From Oopsacas minuta (taxonomy: Eukaryota; Animalia; Porifera): a stretch of 64,000 bases of DNA. The stretch spans positions 992,001 through 1,056,000 of the forward strand of contig JAKMXF010000365.1 in the NCBI GenBank assembly GCA_024704765.1, read 5' to 3'. Positions within the stretch are counted from its first letter, which is position 1, and each line of letters opens with the position of its first letter. The translations under genes were made by a program, and so were the position numbers. Shown here in pieces: positions 22,498 through 34,606 of the stretch. Under the pieces are notes generated by a model that worked only from the letters and a program-made list of their open reading frames with translations, was not told where the DNA came from and did not search any database.

Positions 22498-25400
22498 ATG
22501 TCTTATCCCTCTGATCAGACAGGAGAGGGATCTCAATGGAACGGGACTGCTCTCTTAGCTCAATCCGGGAACAAACGTATGATTATAACTCCATCAGCTC
22601 GCGCTTCTTTGAAATCAATGGATCAACGTGTAGGAGCTCATGAAATGCTGGACGACACTACTTCTATAACTTCTGGTATTAGTATTACTAGCCAGGGAAT
22701 ACTAGCTGGTAATGTATACAGAGTAGGAGGTCTAACACGTGAGCTTGTAGAGAGACTTCAGGAATCTGAGAGAGAAGGGTCACTAGCAGCTCTCCCTCCG
22801 AACATTGATTATATTGAGTTGAAACCTGGAGATGCTCCTCCTAAGGGATTTGCTTGGGAAGCTCATTCAAAAAAGAAAGGTACAAATTTTACTGTTAACT
22901 GCATAGAACTTTAATGTATTAGAAATTACTGTATTGCTCTGAATAAGCGCGCGCTATGTTTATTCAGGGAAGTACAGTATGTTCTTTCTCAGAAAGCAAT
23001 TGAAAGATTTAGTGAAGAATTTATTCCATTATTTCCTATTGAAAGGAAATAGTTAGTTACTTTTGGAGATGTTTCTTATCAAGATAACGTTGCACCCCTA
23101 TCTCCGGTTGTTGCTAAAACACGAGACTGGACGGATAGCTGGGGTATCCCGGGGAATGACTCATACTTGGGAGGATTTAGTAACATACTTTGTGGATAAC
23201 CTTCTTCCCGCAGCGACCTAGCAAGCGAAGCAAACTAGTATCACTCAATATACTAATGAATTATTCTACACAATTTGCACCCAAATCAGTGAATATAACA
23301 TTCATATTACTGGTCATTAATTAACAATCTTAAATAATATTATTTGCATTCCAATCATTTGAAGTGGTATAATAAGCAACCTACTGTAATTATCAGAAAA
23401 TTCAAATACTGATATATACTGATTGAATTATTCACTGTTTCTGGTCAGCAGATATTTCAAATAATTACAAATCGGTTATGATGCTATCCATATCCATACT
23501 CTTATACAAATATCAGTTAGAAATATACCTTCATATTCTATCTTATCATTTTATTGGTGAGAAGCTTAATCGGATAGGTTATGTCACTCAAATATTATAA
23601 TTCTTAATTTTATACATTTAGATTACTTATTCCAACACCGCGGGGCCAAATCTTATGCATAATAAGGAGATTCCATCTTAAGCGATATTTAGTACAAATC
23701 TTATAAGGTTTATTTATTGGGATCAGCGGCTTGGTAATTATAAGTAATTACTAGCAAACTGACTTTGTTCTTACACGATGCTAGCCAAATAATCTTACTA
23801 AATATTAATAGATGTTAGGATAGTGGTTTGCCAAAATAGAAGTAGGGGGAGGCGCTCCCTATTCAAGTTGTCCTTTTTCTTAAAATCTCGGTGAAACCGG
23901 CTCTCAGGGATATAATTAGGGCGCCCCCCCCACTTCGGTTTTTGGCAAAGCACCATTGCTGCTGTTAGATATTTTTCACACCACATACTGCATTCCTGTT
24001 TATGAGGATAATATTTCCTAGATTTTACCATGGATGAGATATTCCTTATAACGAATATACTATACCATAGTTTATATCACATGTGGGCCTCGGTGTTCGT
24101 TTGAAAAGGGCATGAATGCAGCCCAAAGAAATTTTCTGACACTTTTAGCCTTCATTGACTTGAGATAAGTATATTTTTTTCTTCCATATACAACCCTACC
24201 TTTCTATAACGGCTTTGTAATCCAAGTAAATATTTAATTGCAATTACACTTGAATTATTATTCAACACCTTATATTCTATAGACTTGTACAGTTGTATAT
24301 ATTTGTTCTTTTTATTATTCCAATAATGTTTAGTAATGTTGTTGGTTTCAGATTTCTCGTATTCTGGTGTAGTGTCAAGTTTAAATAGACACATTTGGTT
24401 TCTCTTTTCGTGCTACTACAAGCATTGAAACGGACTTCGAGCGCATTATGAAGAGTAATGACTGAATTTGACAAATTTAATATTAAAAAGACTATGTATT
24501 TCGGGGACTTAGAATGGCTTATTTTGTAATAAACTGAAAAGACTTGCAAGTTCACTTTTATACAATCATGGTAGTAGAAAACATCCTCAAGTTTTGCGGC
24601 CCTCCAAGTCGGCTGCAAATTTCACTGCGGCCCAAAAGCTAACATTTGTGCCCACCCCTGGTCTCTATGCTATATCATTACTTCTTTCTTAGGAAAACCG
24701 CGCATAAACCTAATCCCTGAGAGTATTCGTAAGATAGCTGGTATTCGTAGTGTCTCTGAGAAATCTCTCGCTGCTCTAGGCCCCTCACTACTGGAGGAGG
24801 GAGATACAGACAGTGCACCTTGGGATAGCAATACCAAACAAATGTTTCTGAGACAAGTGGAGATTTGGAAGGCGCCAGGAGACACTTTAGGATTTTACGT
24901 GAGTAGAGGAGATGGTCATGAACGGAGTGATGGAGTGTTTCTCTCTCGTCTGGTGTTAGGTAGCTATGTTGAAAGACTGGGACTACTTCAGGTGGGAGAC
25001 GAGATCTTAGCTATCAATGGTATTCCTGTAGGGGACATGCCTCTACAGAATGTTGTTATGTTATTGAAGTATGTGCAGAGGCTGGAACTCACGGTGAAGG
25101 TCAGTTTATACTAATACATTATAACAAGTGGGTGGGGCACAGGTTATTAAACTAGGTATACTTACATTAATGAGGTCAGGCACACTCAATTTCAGGTGAA
25201 GCACAGGCCCCACCCTCCCGCCGTCTCTGAATATAACTTATTAATATTATCACCATATTCATATTAATTACCTCGCTTGATAGCCGAGACAGTCAACTCG
25301 AAAGCTAGAATATCAATAATATCTCAATTACTGTATCATAATTCTATTTGTGTAAACTGGTGCATACTAGCTTGGCTAATTTGTTAGACTACATGTCTGC

Positions 25401-26948
25401 TTAATATACCGGTACCGGCGGGACGTATAACAAAGATGACATAAATGATTCAGAGGGCATAAATACATACGTACCTTACTTAATTAAGTATACCTAATTA
25501 GTTGTAGTTGGACTTGAAGGTGTTGGTGTAATTTGGGTTATGTCGTGTAATATTTTGCGGAACTCCTACTAATCTTGCTAATACAGATATTAATACAGTA
25601 TAAATGTATAGGTATCAGACAAATTATGGTTTGTATTTAGAAGGTATTACTATGGTATGTACTGCTCTTTACAAATCTATACAGTTATTGTATACACAAT
25701 ATTACTGTATATAGGCACTCCATGGTTCCATTGAATACATTAAACACCACTCTAGTATTTTCCTTAATGATTGGGTTAATGCAGTGGTTCCCAACCTGGG
25801 GTCCATGGACCCTTTGGCGGTCCACGGGCGAAAATGGTTATAACCGCTGGGTTAATGGATATTCTCCACTATATCAATCTATATTATTAAAACTCAATTA
25901 TTGTGTGTTTTTGGCAGTGAAATCAATGGACAAAATACCCCGATTTCAACTGTATTTATAACGATTTTCTCACACCTCATGAGAGGATTTGTAATAATAA
26001 TTATGCTATGACTGTATATTACCAATATAGGCTCCTTCAGGCTGGTCACATCTCTACAGGAAGTTTAACAAACGTCCTAAACCCTCAAGGAAGGCTCCAC
26101 CTGTACCTAGTGCTCCTTTCAACCATTCCAAACCTATCCTCACTCCATTTGCTCCTGTCTCAGATAAATCTAGACCTACTCATCCTCATCCCCAGCTCGT
26201 ACCATTTCCTTCTGTGTCTGCTCCCGTCGATTCTAGACAGAGATCTTCTAGCTCTACGGACCCTCCCACAGAGCCTATAGTACCACCCTCCGGTATAATG
26301 CCCATTCACTCACGAGGTTTCTCAGATATTTCCATGCCTAATCCTGTCTCATACCGACCTGTGGAATCAGATTTCTTAGCTGTTGCAGATCACCAGCACT
26401 CTCTATCTTCCACTGGTAAATTCCAATACACCGGTCGGGTTAATAAGCACTATTTGCATCGGGAACCTGAACACTTATTGAATGCAGAACAGCTGGAGTT
26501 CATGGCCCAGCTGGAGAGAGAGGAACATCTATTCGAATCAGAGGATACAACACAAGATACTCAGCATGTATTTGTAGATCATGCTAATATTGATGTAAGT
26601 TGTTTGCCTGTAGTCCTCCCCCTGGATGTCACAGATGTCATACCTGTCATACCTGTCATTAAGTCGGATGATTCTACTCACACTGATACTGAGCAGGATT
26701 TGGATTCCACACCTCCTCTCCTTCAGCTGTTTCCTCCTGACCACATTGATACAGACCAGGAGTCTGTTCCAACCACAGAAGTAATTGACTCAGAATCTAA
26801 CCCTGACTTTGAGCGTGCAGACACACCTAGTATTGTTTCTATCAACTTATCCAGAGAAGGTTCAATTGTAGAACTCCCTCCTCTACACGATCAGTTGGCA
26901 GATGTACCACAGGATGATCAACTGCTTCCGAAAATATATATCAAATGA
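22498..26948 (+). CDS. PDZ-domain protein with SYD-1/RhoGAP100F-like PDZ; 3 exons (22498-22879, 24693-25099, 26031-26948)
   Basis: Phase-1 donor AAAG|GTAC joins phase-1 acceptor TTCTTAG|GA; phase-0 donor AAG|GTCAGT joins acceptor AATATAG|GCT. PDZ sequence: VEIWKAPGDTLGFYVSRGDGHERSDGVFLSRL...LQVGDEILAING. Exon 3 is Pro/Ser/acid-rich and low-complexity. The exon 1 linkage is inferred. Confidence 0.65.
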
Positions 26949-27242
26949 TTATCTATTATAATTGCAGTTTCCAAGAGTCTCTCTTGGTAGGCTCATCCCT
27001 AGTTTTTGCTATTTTATTCACCTCGAACTTTCATATTTTCTTTAACTACCATTTTAAATGCAATCACCTAATTCTATGTTTCACTGCCATAAACTACCAT
27101 CATATGAGCTATTATCTGGCTTTACACGCAAGTACTTATCTTATAAAAGTACATTTCTACGTAATTTATTATTCTAGAACACATTACAGATTACACAATA
27201 TTAGCTATAGTTATATTATAACTACATTAGCTTGTAATCAGT

Positions 27243-29120
27243 ATGTCCATCTTTCAGAGCAATCTCACACGTGTGAACAAAGGTCCTGGATTCTACCAAA
27301 TCAACAAGAATTACATTCTCAGGTTTCCTGATGAGCTCATCAAGACTGCAGACAAAGCCAAGCCCCTGTCTACAATAAAGGGCATAACTTGCCTCCCAGA
27401 GAAGAAATTCGAGATAAAGTTTTCAAGCGGTCCACGATGGCTCATGCAAGCTCCCTCGTCTAAGATTCAGATGAAGTGGGTAGTAGAGATTGCACAACTC
27501 ACGGGTTGTAGCATTGAGGACAAGATGAAACCAGAGGTTGTCCCTGAACCTGTACCTGTACGAACCCCAACAAGCAAAACGGTATACGTAGGGAAATCGC
27601 AGATTTCTGGACTTCATAATCCTCGTTCTCAAACTCAGAGAATGGCTAAACCTAAATCACTTGATAGTGATAATGCCAAGGTTACGAATCCAATCTTTCA
27701 CAATGCACATTCTTTTCACGCTCTCCCTTGTCATGAATTTCCTGTCTGTGTTGATACTCTACAAGATCAGTCCCAGAAATTACCTACAATGTATCAACAG
27801 ATGTCACCCAACCTCAAGCCATCAACAATAGCCACCCACACTGAAGATATGTCTCCACTACCTCGGGGGCCAGAATCTGCTACCGTGCTAGAAATTGGTG
27901 CCAATCTGATGGAGTGTATACCCCCTCCAGATTCTACTCTTGATGATGGTATAGTTCTTAACAAGGATGAGAACAGGGAAGAAGCTGGTAACTATGTTCT
28001 AGAGGATGAGTACCTAGACATGCAGCTCCCTGAGCTCATACTTAATACAGGAAAACTACTACTAGAAGATACAGCATCAAAAAGCCCTAAACATCCCAAT
28101 ACTGAGAATATTCTGGACAAGAAAGATCTCTACTCCTTCCTAACTAACTCTAGAGAGCTGAGTGATATACTCTCTACTCCATACTCTGCTGTTGACAAGT
28201 CTGGGAAGTTATTCGCTAGAGCTGAGAATACTCAAGATCCTTACTCACATATAGGGGAGGAAGTTAGGCCTGGGGTTAATGTGCCTGCTGTTAAAGAGGA
28301 AGAACTCAAGATCTTAGAAGTTATAGGACAGGGAGCATTCGGAGAGGTCTCCCTTGCTGAGTGGACACCTGACTCTTCTGACAAGATTATGGTAGCTATT
28401 AAGAATGTAAAGCAAGGAATCAGTGATGTTCAGATAAAGAACTTCTTGAAAGAAATCTTGCTAATGTCTCACATGTCTCACATGAATGTACTCGGAATAT
28501 GTGGAGTTGTAGACAGAGGTGCTGATATAAACCCATGGATCGTTATGCCCTTCTGTAAGCACGGCTCTTTGAAGTCTTATCTCCGAGACATGGATGATAT
28601 GCCTTCCCTCAAGAAGCTTATATACTTCTGTTCAGACATAGCATACGGTATGTCCTATCTAGCGTCACAGAACATAATACACAGAGACCTAGCTGCCAGG
28701 AACATAGTGGTGGATGAAAATGAGATTTGTAAGGTGACAGATTTCGGTTTTTCTCGGCAGTTAGATTCTGAGATATACGTGTCTAGCAATACGCAAGAGG
28801 TCCCGGTCAGGTGGACAGCTCCTGAAGCATTGAATGAAGCTAAACATTCTGTGTCAAGCGATGTGTGGAGTTACGGTGTTGTCATGTGGGAGATATTCAC
28901 CAAGTGCGTAAGACAACCTTATGACCATCTTAACACCAATAACTATATGATATTACACAATCTGAACAAGGGAGAGAGACTACAGCCTCCTAACGAATGT
29001 CCTAATTGTATTTCTGGTATCATGCGTGCCTGTTGGATACACAATCCTGAATCCAGACCCAGTTTTGATTTGATATTCTCTCTCCTCTTCCAGATGATAA
29101 GGAGATTGGACAGATCTTAG
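27243..29120 (+). CDS. Cytoplasmic tyrosine kinase with a putative N-terminal PH-like domain
   Basis: GQGAFG, VAIK, HRDLAARN, DFG, PVRWTAPE, SDVWSYG and CW...RPSF are all intact. No signal peptide or TM segment. The N-terminal ~90 aa has a beta-rich pattern ending in KWVVEIAQL, which is PH-like (lower confidence). Confidence 0.88.
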   Translation: MSIFQSNLTRVNKGPGFYQINKNYILRFPDELIKTADKAKPLSTIKGITCLPEKKFEIKFSSGPRWLMQAPSSKIQMKWVVEIAQLTGCSIEDKMKPEVVPEPVPVRTPTSKTVYVGKSQISGLHNPRSQTQRMAKPKSLDSDNAKVTNPIFHNAHSFHALPCHEFPVCVDTLQDQSQKLPTMYQQMSPNLKPSTIATHTEDMSPLPRGPESATVLEIGANLMECIPPPDSTLDDGIVLNKDENREEAGNYVLEDEYLDMQLPELILNTGKLLLEDTASKSPKHPNTENILDKKDLYSFLTNSRELSDILSTPYSAVDKSGKLFARAENTQDPYSHIGEEVRPGVNVPAVKEEELKILEVIGQGAFGEVSLAEWTPDSSDKIMVAIKNVKQGISDVQIKNFLKEILLMSHMSHMNVLGICGVVDRGADINPWIVMPFCKHGSLKSYLRDMDDMPSLKKLIYFCSDIAYGMSYLASQNIIHRDLAARNIVVDENEICKVTDFGFSRQLDSEIYVSSNTQEVPVRWTAPEALNEAKHSVSSDVWSYGVVMWEIFTKCVRQPYDHLNTNNYMILHNLNKGERLQPPNECPNCISGIMRACWIHNPESRPSFDLIFSLLFQMIRRLDRS

Positions 29121-29597
29121 ATTTTTATACCGCTTCAATTGTTTAAATCATCCATATTATTTGAATGTTGCATACTTTTAGAGCTTCTCTTTGTATATTT
29201 TTGCTATTACCAAGTTGAATGCTATTCTTATCCAAATGATGTATATTTTATATTTATGCAAATCGACAGAATATTTATAACCATTGAGCTATATTAGCCT
29301 TTGTGTTACATTCTCTACTTAGTCAACAGCCAAATGTCTGTGTTCAGGTCGGATTGGAGTACTTTATGAATTTATTAATTTTTGAATGAATCCCTCGCTC
29401 CCACCACAGGTAATCGCCCCCATCGTCAAATACCAACCTCTATTCTCATATTAAAAGTTCCTAACCCGATGTTGTTCTACTTCACTTTACTTACTTGAGT
29501 CATAATTATTCTAAAGCGATTCCCTTGCTTGGTCGCTGCGGCACTGCTTTATGCCTCAGATTTAGCTTAAGTATGAAACAGCTAAATTTAGTAGTGG

Positions 29598-30366
29598 TGT
29601 TGGGTAGTATTTTGAGATTCTTGTATTAAGTAACACCATGGACACTCATATCGTAGTATTTGAGGAGAGTATAGAATTCTGAGATTTAAGTATGTAACAC
29701 GAATTGTGCATGTAGTTTATTGTAATTTGGTGATAATGTGTGCTGAGATTCTGTGTTACTTAACAAAGTATATAAACTCCTACATCGAAGTCACAATTTT
29801 TTGATAATTCAAAATATTTTTACGTGAATTTTATATTTGTTTTCCTGAAATTTCTTCTCTCTTATAAATTCACATTATATTATGTATATTTTATCTATAT
29901 GTTGTAAACTTGCATGTTTGTTTGAATATTTCATTATTATGTACTTTGTATTTATTTATTTTAATTCATTACACTCTGACACACAATTAGTTTAGAGAGA
30001 AAGAGATGTTTTATGTTTACAACATTGGATCGTTTAATATAGTAACGTTTCATGTTTACTTGCACACTCCCTGGAACTCTTATTAACTTTATTAAAATCA
30101 ATATAGTGTTAATTATTCAGTCATTTTGCGAATCAAAAGTTAGTGAATAATCATCACTTTGTATACTGTATTTAATATAGGTGAAATATTGTAATTTGTT
30201 AGGCACATTACATCTCTAAAGTATAGATAGTTGAGTATTACAATGAACTACATGTACAATTCGTGTTACATACTTAAATCTCAGAATTCTATACTCTCCT
30301 CAAAATACTACGATATGAGTGTCCATGGTGTTACTTAATACAAGAATCTCAAAATACTACGCAACA
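29598..30366. mobile_element. MITE-like element with ~125-bp inverted repeats (29604-29726 vs 30237-30360)
   Basis: GTAGTATTTTGAGATTCTTGTATTAAGTAACACCATGGACACTCATATCGTAG... is matched by its reverse complement with few differences. The AT-rich spacer is ~510 bp. Confidence 0.75.
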
Positions 30367-30387
30367 GTGCTTTTTTTTATTTGTTAA

Positions 30388-30429
30388 TTCGACGTGTGCA
30401 GAGTATATTCATACTCTGCACACGTCGAA
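30388..30429. repeat. Perfect 19-bp hairpin with 4-nt loop
   Basis: TTCGACGTGTGCAGAGTAT attc ATACTCTGCACACGTCGAA. Confidence 0.9.
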
Positions 30430-30937
30430 TGGTCAGTTTTGAAACTACAAGATTGGATTAGGTTCAGTAGATAGCCCTGACAATTTATCACTATATATAG
30501 TGGAGTCTCCCAAAGAGGACAATCCTTTACAACAGACAAACCTCCTGGAACGGAACGATTTAGCCATCATATATGTAATACTTAGCAGTCTCCGAGAAGC
30601 GGACAACTCCCTAAAGCGAACAGAAGCGATGTCCCCAACATGTCCATTATTGGAGACTCTACTGTACCATAGTTTCGACTTGAAAATGTAAAATTAGGCC
30701 TAGAAATGGGCTTAAATGTATGAAAATGCAAAATTAAGCCGATTTTATTGATACATGTATGGAAATTTAATGTATTGCCGGAGCCTTAAGCAATTTTTAA
30801 GAATCGAATAATTTCCAATGGAAATCCTCAGTTTCTTGAGAACTTTACGTAATTTTCCATTGTAAAACCAGCTGGGTCGAGGTAGAGTTAGGGAATCGGC
30901 TAAATCTGGTTCACGTTTAGTGACAGTTACGGTGCTA

Positions 30938-32578
30938 GGACATCTTGCCGAAAGATATTTTACAGAAGTTATTGTTAATTAATTGTACACTAAAATAGTG
31001 ATAAATTTTTAGCTTTTTAGTTTATTGTAGAAAATTGAAAAAATATGAAAATAAAATAAAAATGAAATATTTGTAGGTTAAATTATGCGTTATACCACTA
31101 AGATATTCTAGATGTGGTATATATATATATATATATTCGTCTACCAACTTCTCTAAACGTCTATTAAGTTGAACGTACTTCTTCTTAGATTTCGGCAGTT
31201 CATGTCCACATCTATCTTTTTCTAGTGTAATTTCATTATCTCTCTGTTCCATAATAATTTTGCGAATTAGTTTAGAGAGAGTTGGATGCGTTGTGTTGAT
31301 TCTTATATCGAATGCTCTATGCCAGCCCTCCACAAAATCATTCGTCCGTGGCAGAACTCGTTCCATTCTATCTCTAACATTCCGTAGTTCTATGGAAAAT
31401 AACGGACGTAGTCTTTGTCCATGATGTTCTAACCCAATCAATGTCTTCTCAAAGTAGTGACTGAAAGCACTTAAGTCATCTACTAGATCATTAGATAGGG
31501 AATCAGTGAGTTCTCCATAACATGGAATGACATCTATTTCCGGTACAAATGCTAATGCCCGAAATTGCTTCATAACCACTGCGAATTCTTCATCACATTG
31601 GTAGCGAAGTTGAAATCCTAGGGCCTGAATCTGTCGCCAAATCGCTTGCCCAAAATGAAAATAACATCCCTGAAGTACTGCAGTTGGAAAATTCTGTGTA
31701 AGTGCGTTTAAAGCAGCTCTTTCAAAATCGATCATTATCGTATCAGGTTGTAATGAGGGATCACGCTCCTTCAGAGTAGAGAAGATTTGATTGTACGTCA
31801 ATTCTGTTTATTTTTAGCTATACAAAAGATTAGGGGAATTGTCACCGTCTCAGTTAATAACGCATGGACAGTGTATAATTGGTGTCCAAGTGGTGCGGAA
31901 TCAAACGTACAATCGCAAACCAATTTGGGTGTCGAGCTAGCATTCTGATATTTTCTTCTGTTCCGAGGATAATTAGATCGATCTCTGGATTGTTGGAGAT
32001 TAACAATTGTTAGCCCCTTGTTGTATGTATAGATTCGTAAAAATCTATATCTGAAAGTTTCCTCTTGCGTCGTACAATTTTAGACAAGCATTCCTTAGTG
32101 GGAAGTTTTACTGTTGCAGCAATTGAGATTGAGCTTGTTGCATTCTGGGTTACCGAAGAAGTAACTTCTTCAGTTAGTGTAGATCGTAATTTGATCGCTT
32201 CTATAGTTTTAACTGCCTCAACAGATGCGAAATCGGGTTGATGATTGTGGTTTAGAGGTGACTTTTTCACAAATCCGTTTATTCTAGAAGTTATCATACG
32301 ACTATTGCATAAACCTCTCTTCTCACAACGCCAATAAGTTGAATGATTAGAATCTTTATCTTTGATATATATGTAACCATTATATATCAGTTTCTTTCCT
32401 CCGAAAATTGTTGATGTCAATTCCATTTTATCGATAATAGTAAGTATTCGATAGTGTTAGTATTTGTAGTGATTATACTGGTAGAATGTGTATAAACACC
32501 TAGCATTCATTACATTATTTATTTTATGGATATAATTAGCTCCATGTGATTAATTTGTTATCTTTCGGCAAGGTGTCC
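30938..32578 (-). mobile_element. Disrupted Mutator-like (MULE) transposon with FLYWCH zinc finger
   Basis: FLYWCH (KKLIYNGYIY...YWRCEKRGLCNSR...HNHQP, 32426-32010) and MULE DDE region (IMIDFERA...LQGCYFHFGQAIWR...RTNDFVEGWH, 31801-31022) are split by stops and frameshifts. 19/20-bp TIRs: GGACATCTTGCCGAAAGATA (30938-30957) and TATCTTTCGGCAAGGTGTCC (32559-32578). Confidence 0.88.
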
Positions 32579-32959
32579 GGACACGGTGTTACACGATCGT
32601 AGGATATCCCAAGAAACGTGTCAAATTAGGAATTCAATCCTAAACAATTCACCAATATCTCTGAATTCTCTGAAGTGAAGCTTTGAAAAGTGAGGTTGCG
32701 AATTATATCACTATGCATTGAGATGTTGTTTGATGTTTATTAACTGTCCGATTTGAACAAACTACAGTTAGAGGTGGCCATATAGTTGAAATCGGGTAGG
32801 AGGCTCTATTTAGCAAATTCTGGACTCCGACTTGTAGAAAGAAGGTAATTGCATGCATTACCTTCCACAAGTCTGAGTCCGGAATACGTTAAATCTTCAA
32901 GAATCATTTTGAAATAATTATTCACATAGTTACCCTTTTTTAATTAGTTCCTCATCGAA

Positions 32960-34273
32960 ATGGACAAGAAACACAGATTATTTATTCCAGTCTTCATATT
33001 TACAATTATCATGATAATCCTACTGGCGTTATCTGCCATCTTAATCATATCCCTTCTCATCTTTATGTTGAGGCATCCTAACAATGATGTATCAGTCATT
33101 AGTTTCAACTCGTCTAGACAATTATATTTCCCAGTTTCACCTGACCTAGATCCTCCTACCTCTCTATACAGTATCCAAACACTTAATCAAATACTCTCTA
33201 ATCCAGTATACACTCCTGAAGAACATAAGATAATCGGTCTATGGAATTTTACCAATGCAGATACTTTTATGTTGATAGAAGACGAGACAGACATTCCAAA
33301 TCCTTTCATTCGTGCAGCTTTCTACGCTTATTCTAAGCACTTTCCATTGAGTATCAGTGTAGATGATATATGGCTAATTATCCTGCAGACAGCAAGTTTG
33401 AAAATTAATAATAATTCTGAAGAGTTGAGACATAACTTTGTGAATTTCTCTGATAAAATGATTTTAAAGGTTAGAAGAGATAACTTCATTCTTGACTCAT
33501 TAGACAATGACTGGGGTGGAGTAGCTGAGGAGTTTGTTGAATTGATAGGAGAGAATACGATTGGAGACTTTGATGCAATCAGTAAAACCACATTCTCTAC
33601 AACTTCAGACGTTAGTCGAGTTGCCTCTGCCATGACTATTATGGAATCTGTCAAGAGCTTCTTTGATTACCGGCTTTATACTTTATGTGGATTTCCTTAT
33701 ATTATCCTGGAAGGTAATGAATCTGATTGGTTGCTGCTTAAGAACACAACAATCAAACTTCTAGCTAAGTTGGGTAGTTTTGGGAAAGAATGGGCTGTCT
33801 CATTATTGCCATTATTGGATAAGATGATGGAACCGTTTGCTGATGAGATTGATACTCAATTTTGGAATTCCATGGTTAAGCGAGGAGGTCGTCTCAACTG
33901 TGTACCTGACCATTATATAAGCGGATGGATTAACATATTATTTCCATTTCTAATATCTACTAAACTGGCAAAGAATACATACTCTGTTCCCTACCAATCT
34001 ATCAATGATTACGCTAATCCTAAATTCAGTGATTTGATTAGTTTTGATGATGAAACGTTTGAGGGATATTACGAGGGAGCTGATGTGGAGTTATTCCCCA
34101 TTGGACTAGCATCTGTTCCTGTCGAATGGTGTTACCTTTCTGCTTTATATAACCTGAAGTTTAATGCCGGATTCCTGGGAGTAACTCAATCAGAAAATGG
34201 TTTGATCAGACCTCAAGTGGGGTGGTATGTGTTGAGAGAGATTTCTCCAAAAACTCCAGAATATTGTGAATAA
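32960..34273 (+). CDS. DUF4419-family protein with N-terminal membrane anchor
   Basis: NPFIRAAFYAYSKHFPLSISVDDIWLIILQ, ELRHNFVNF, FSTT, LCGFPYIILEG..SDW and YISGWI motifs of DUF4419. Hydrophobic helix at ~aa 8-36. Intronless. Confidence 0.8.
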   Translation: MDKKHRLFIPVFIFTIIMIILLALSAILIISLLIFMLRHPNNDVSVISFNSSRQLYFPVSPDLDPPTSLYSIQTLNQILSNPVYTPEEHKIIGLWNFTNADTFMLIEDETDIPNPFIRAAFYAYSKHFPLSISVDDIWLIILQTASLKINNNSEELRHNFVNFSDKMILKVRRDNFILDSLDNDWGGVAEEFVELIGENTIGDFDAISKTTFSTTSDVSRVASAMTIMESVKSFFDYRLYTLCGFPYIILEGNESDWLLLKNTTIKLLAKLGSFGKEWAVSLLPLLDKMMEPFADEIDTQFWNSMVKRGGRLNCVPDHYISGWINILFPFLISTKLAKNTYSVPYQSINDYANPKFSDLISFDDETFEGYYEGADVELFPIGLASVPVEWCYLSALYNLKFNAGFLGVTQSENGLIRPQVGWYVLREISPKTPEYCE

Positions 34274-34472
34274 TATATTACATTTTCCTATTTCATTACT
34301 AATCTTGTTATATTGTTGAACATTCCTGTATAACGAAAAGTTGAATTCCCTTAGAGTTGACACATTTCCATGGTTACAATTCGGATGTTAATATACTGAT
34401 TCAGTATATGTAATATTTATTGTATGTATATGTATGTATGTATGGAGGGCATTAGACAATCCTCAATTAAAG

Positions 34473-34606
34473 GATCTAGATCCCGATCCTGATCCTGATC
34501 CTGGCTGAAATGATGATCGGCGTTCCCGGTTCCGATCTTTATCTAAAAGGATCTACGATCCCATCACGATCCAATTTACGATCTTCTAATAGTCTAATTG
34601 ATGATC
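34473..34606. repeat. GATC-dense degenerate repeat (12 GATC in 134 bp)
   Basis: GATC counted at 34473, 34479, 34485, 34491, 34497, 34515, 34534, 34550, 34557, 34568, 34580 and 34603. Confidence 0.85.

Noticed and set aside
22880-23052. Stop-codon readthrough or a short terminal exon after the 22498 ORF (the frame stays open after TAA to ...FPIERK*)
   Set aside because: A phase-compatible splice from 22879 to 24693 explains the ORF as exon 1 of the PDZ gene. A minor alternative terminal exon is not excluded.
34473-34606. GATC cluster as a bacterial oriC or Dam-regulated site
   Set aside because: It is embedded in metazoan gene context, with no DnaA-box array or bacterial neighbours.
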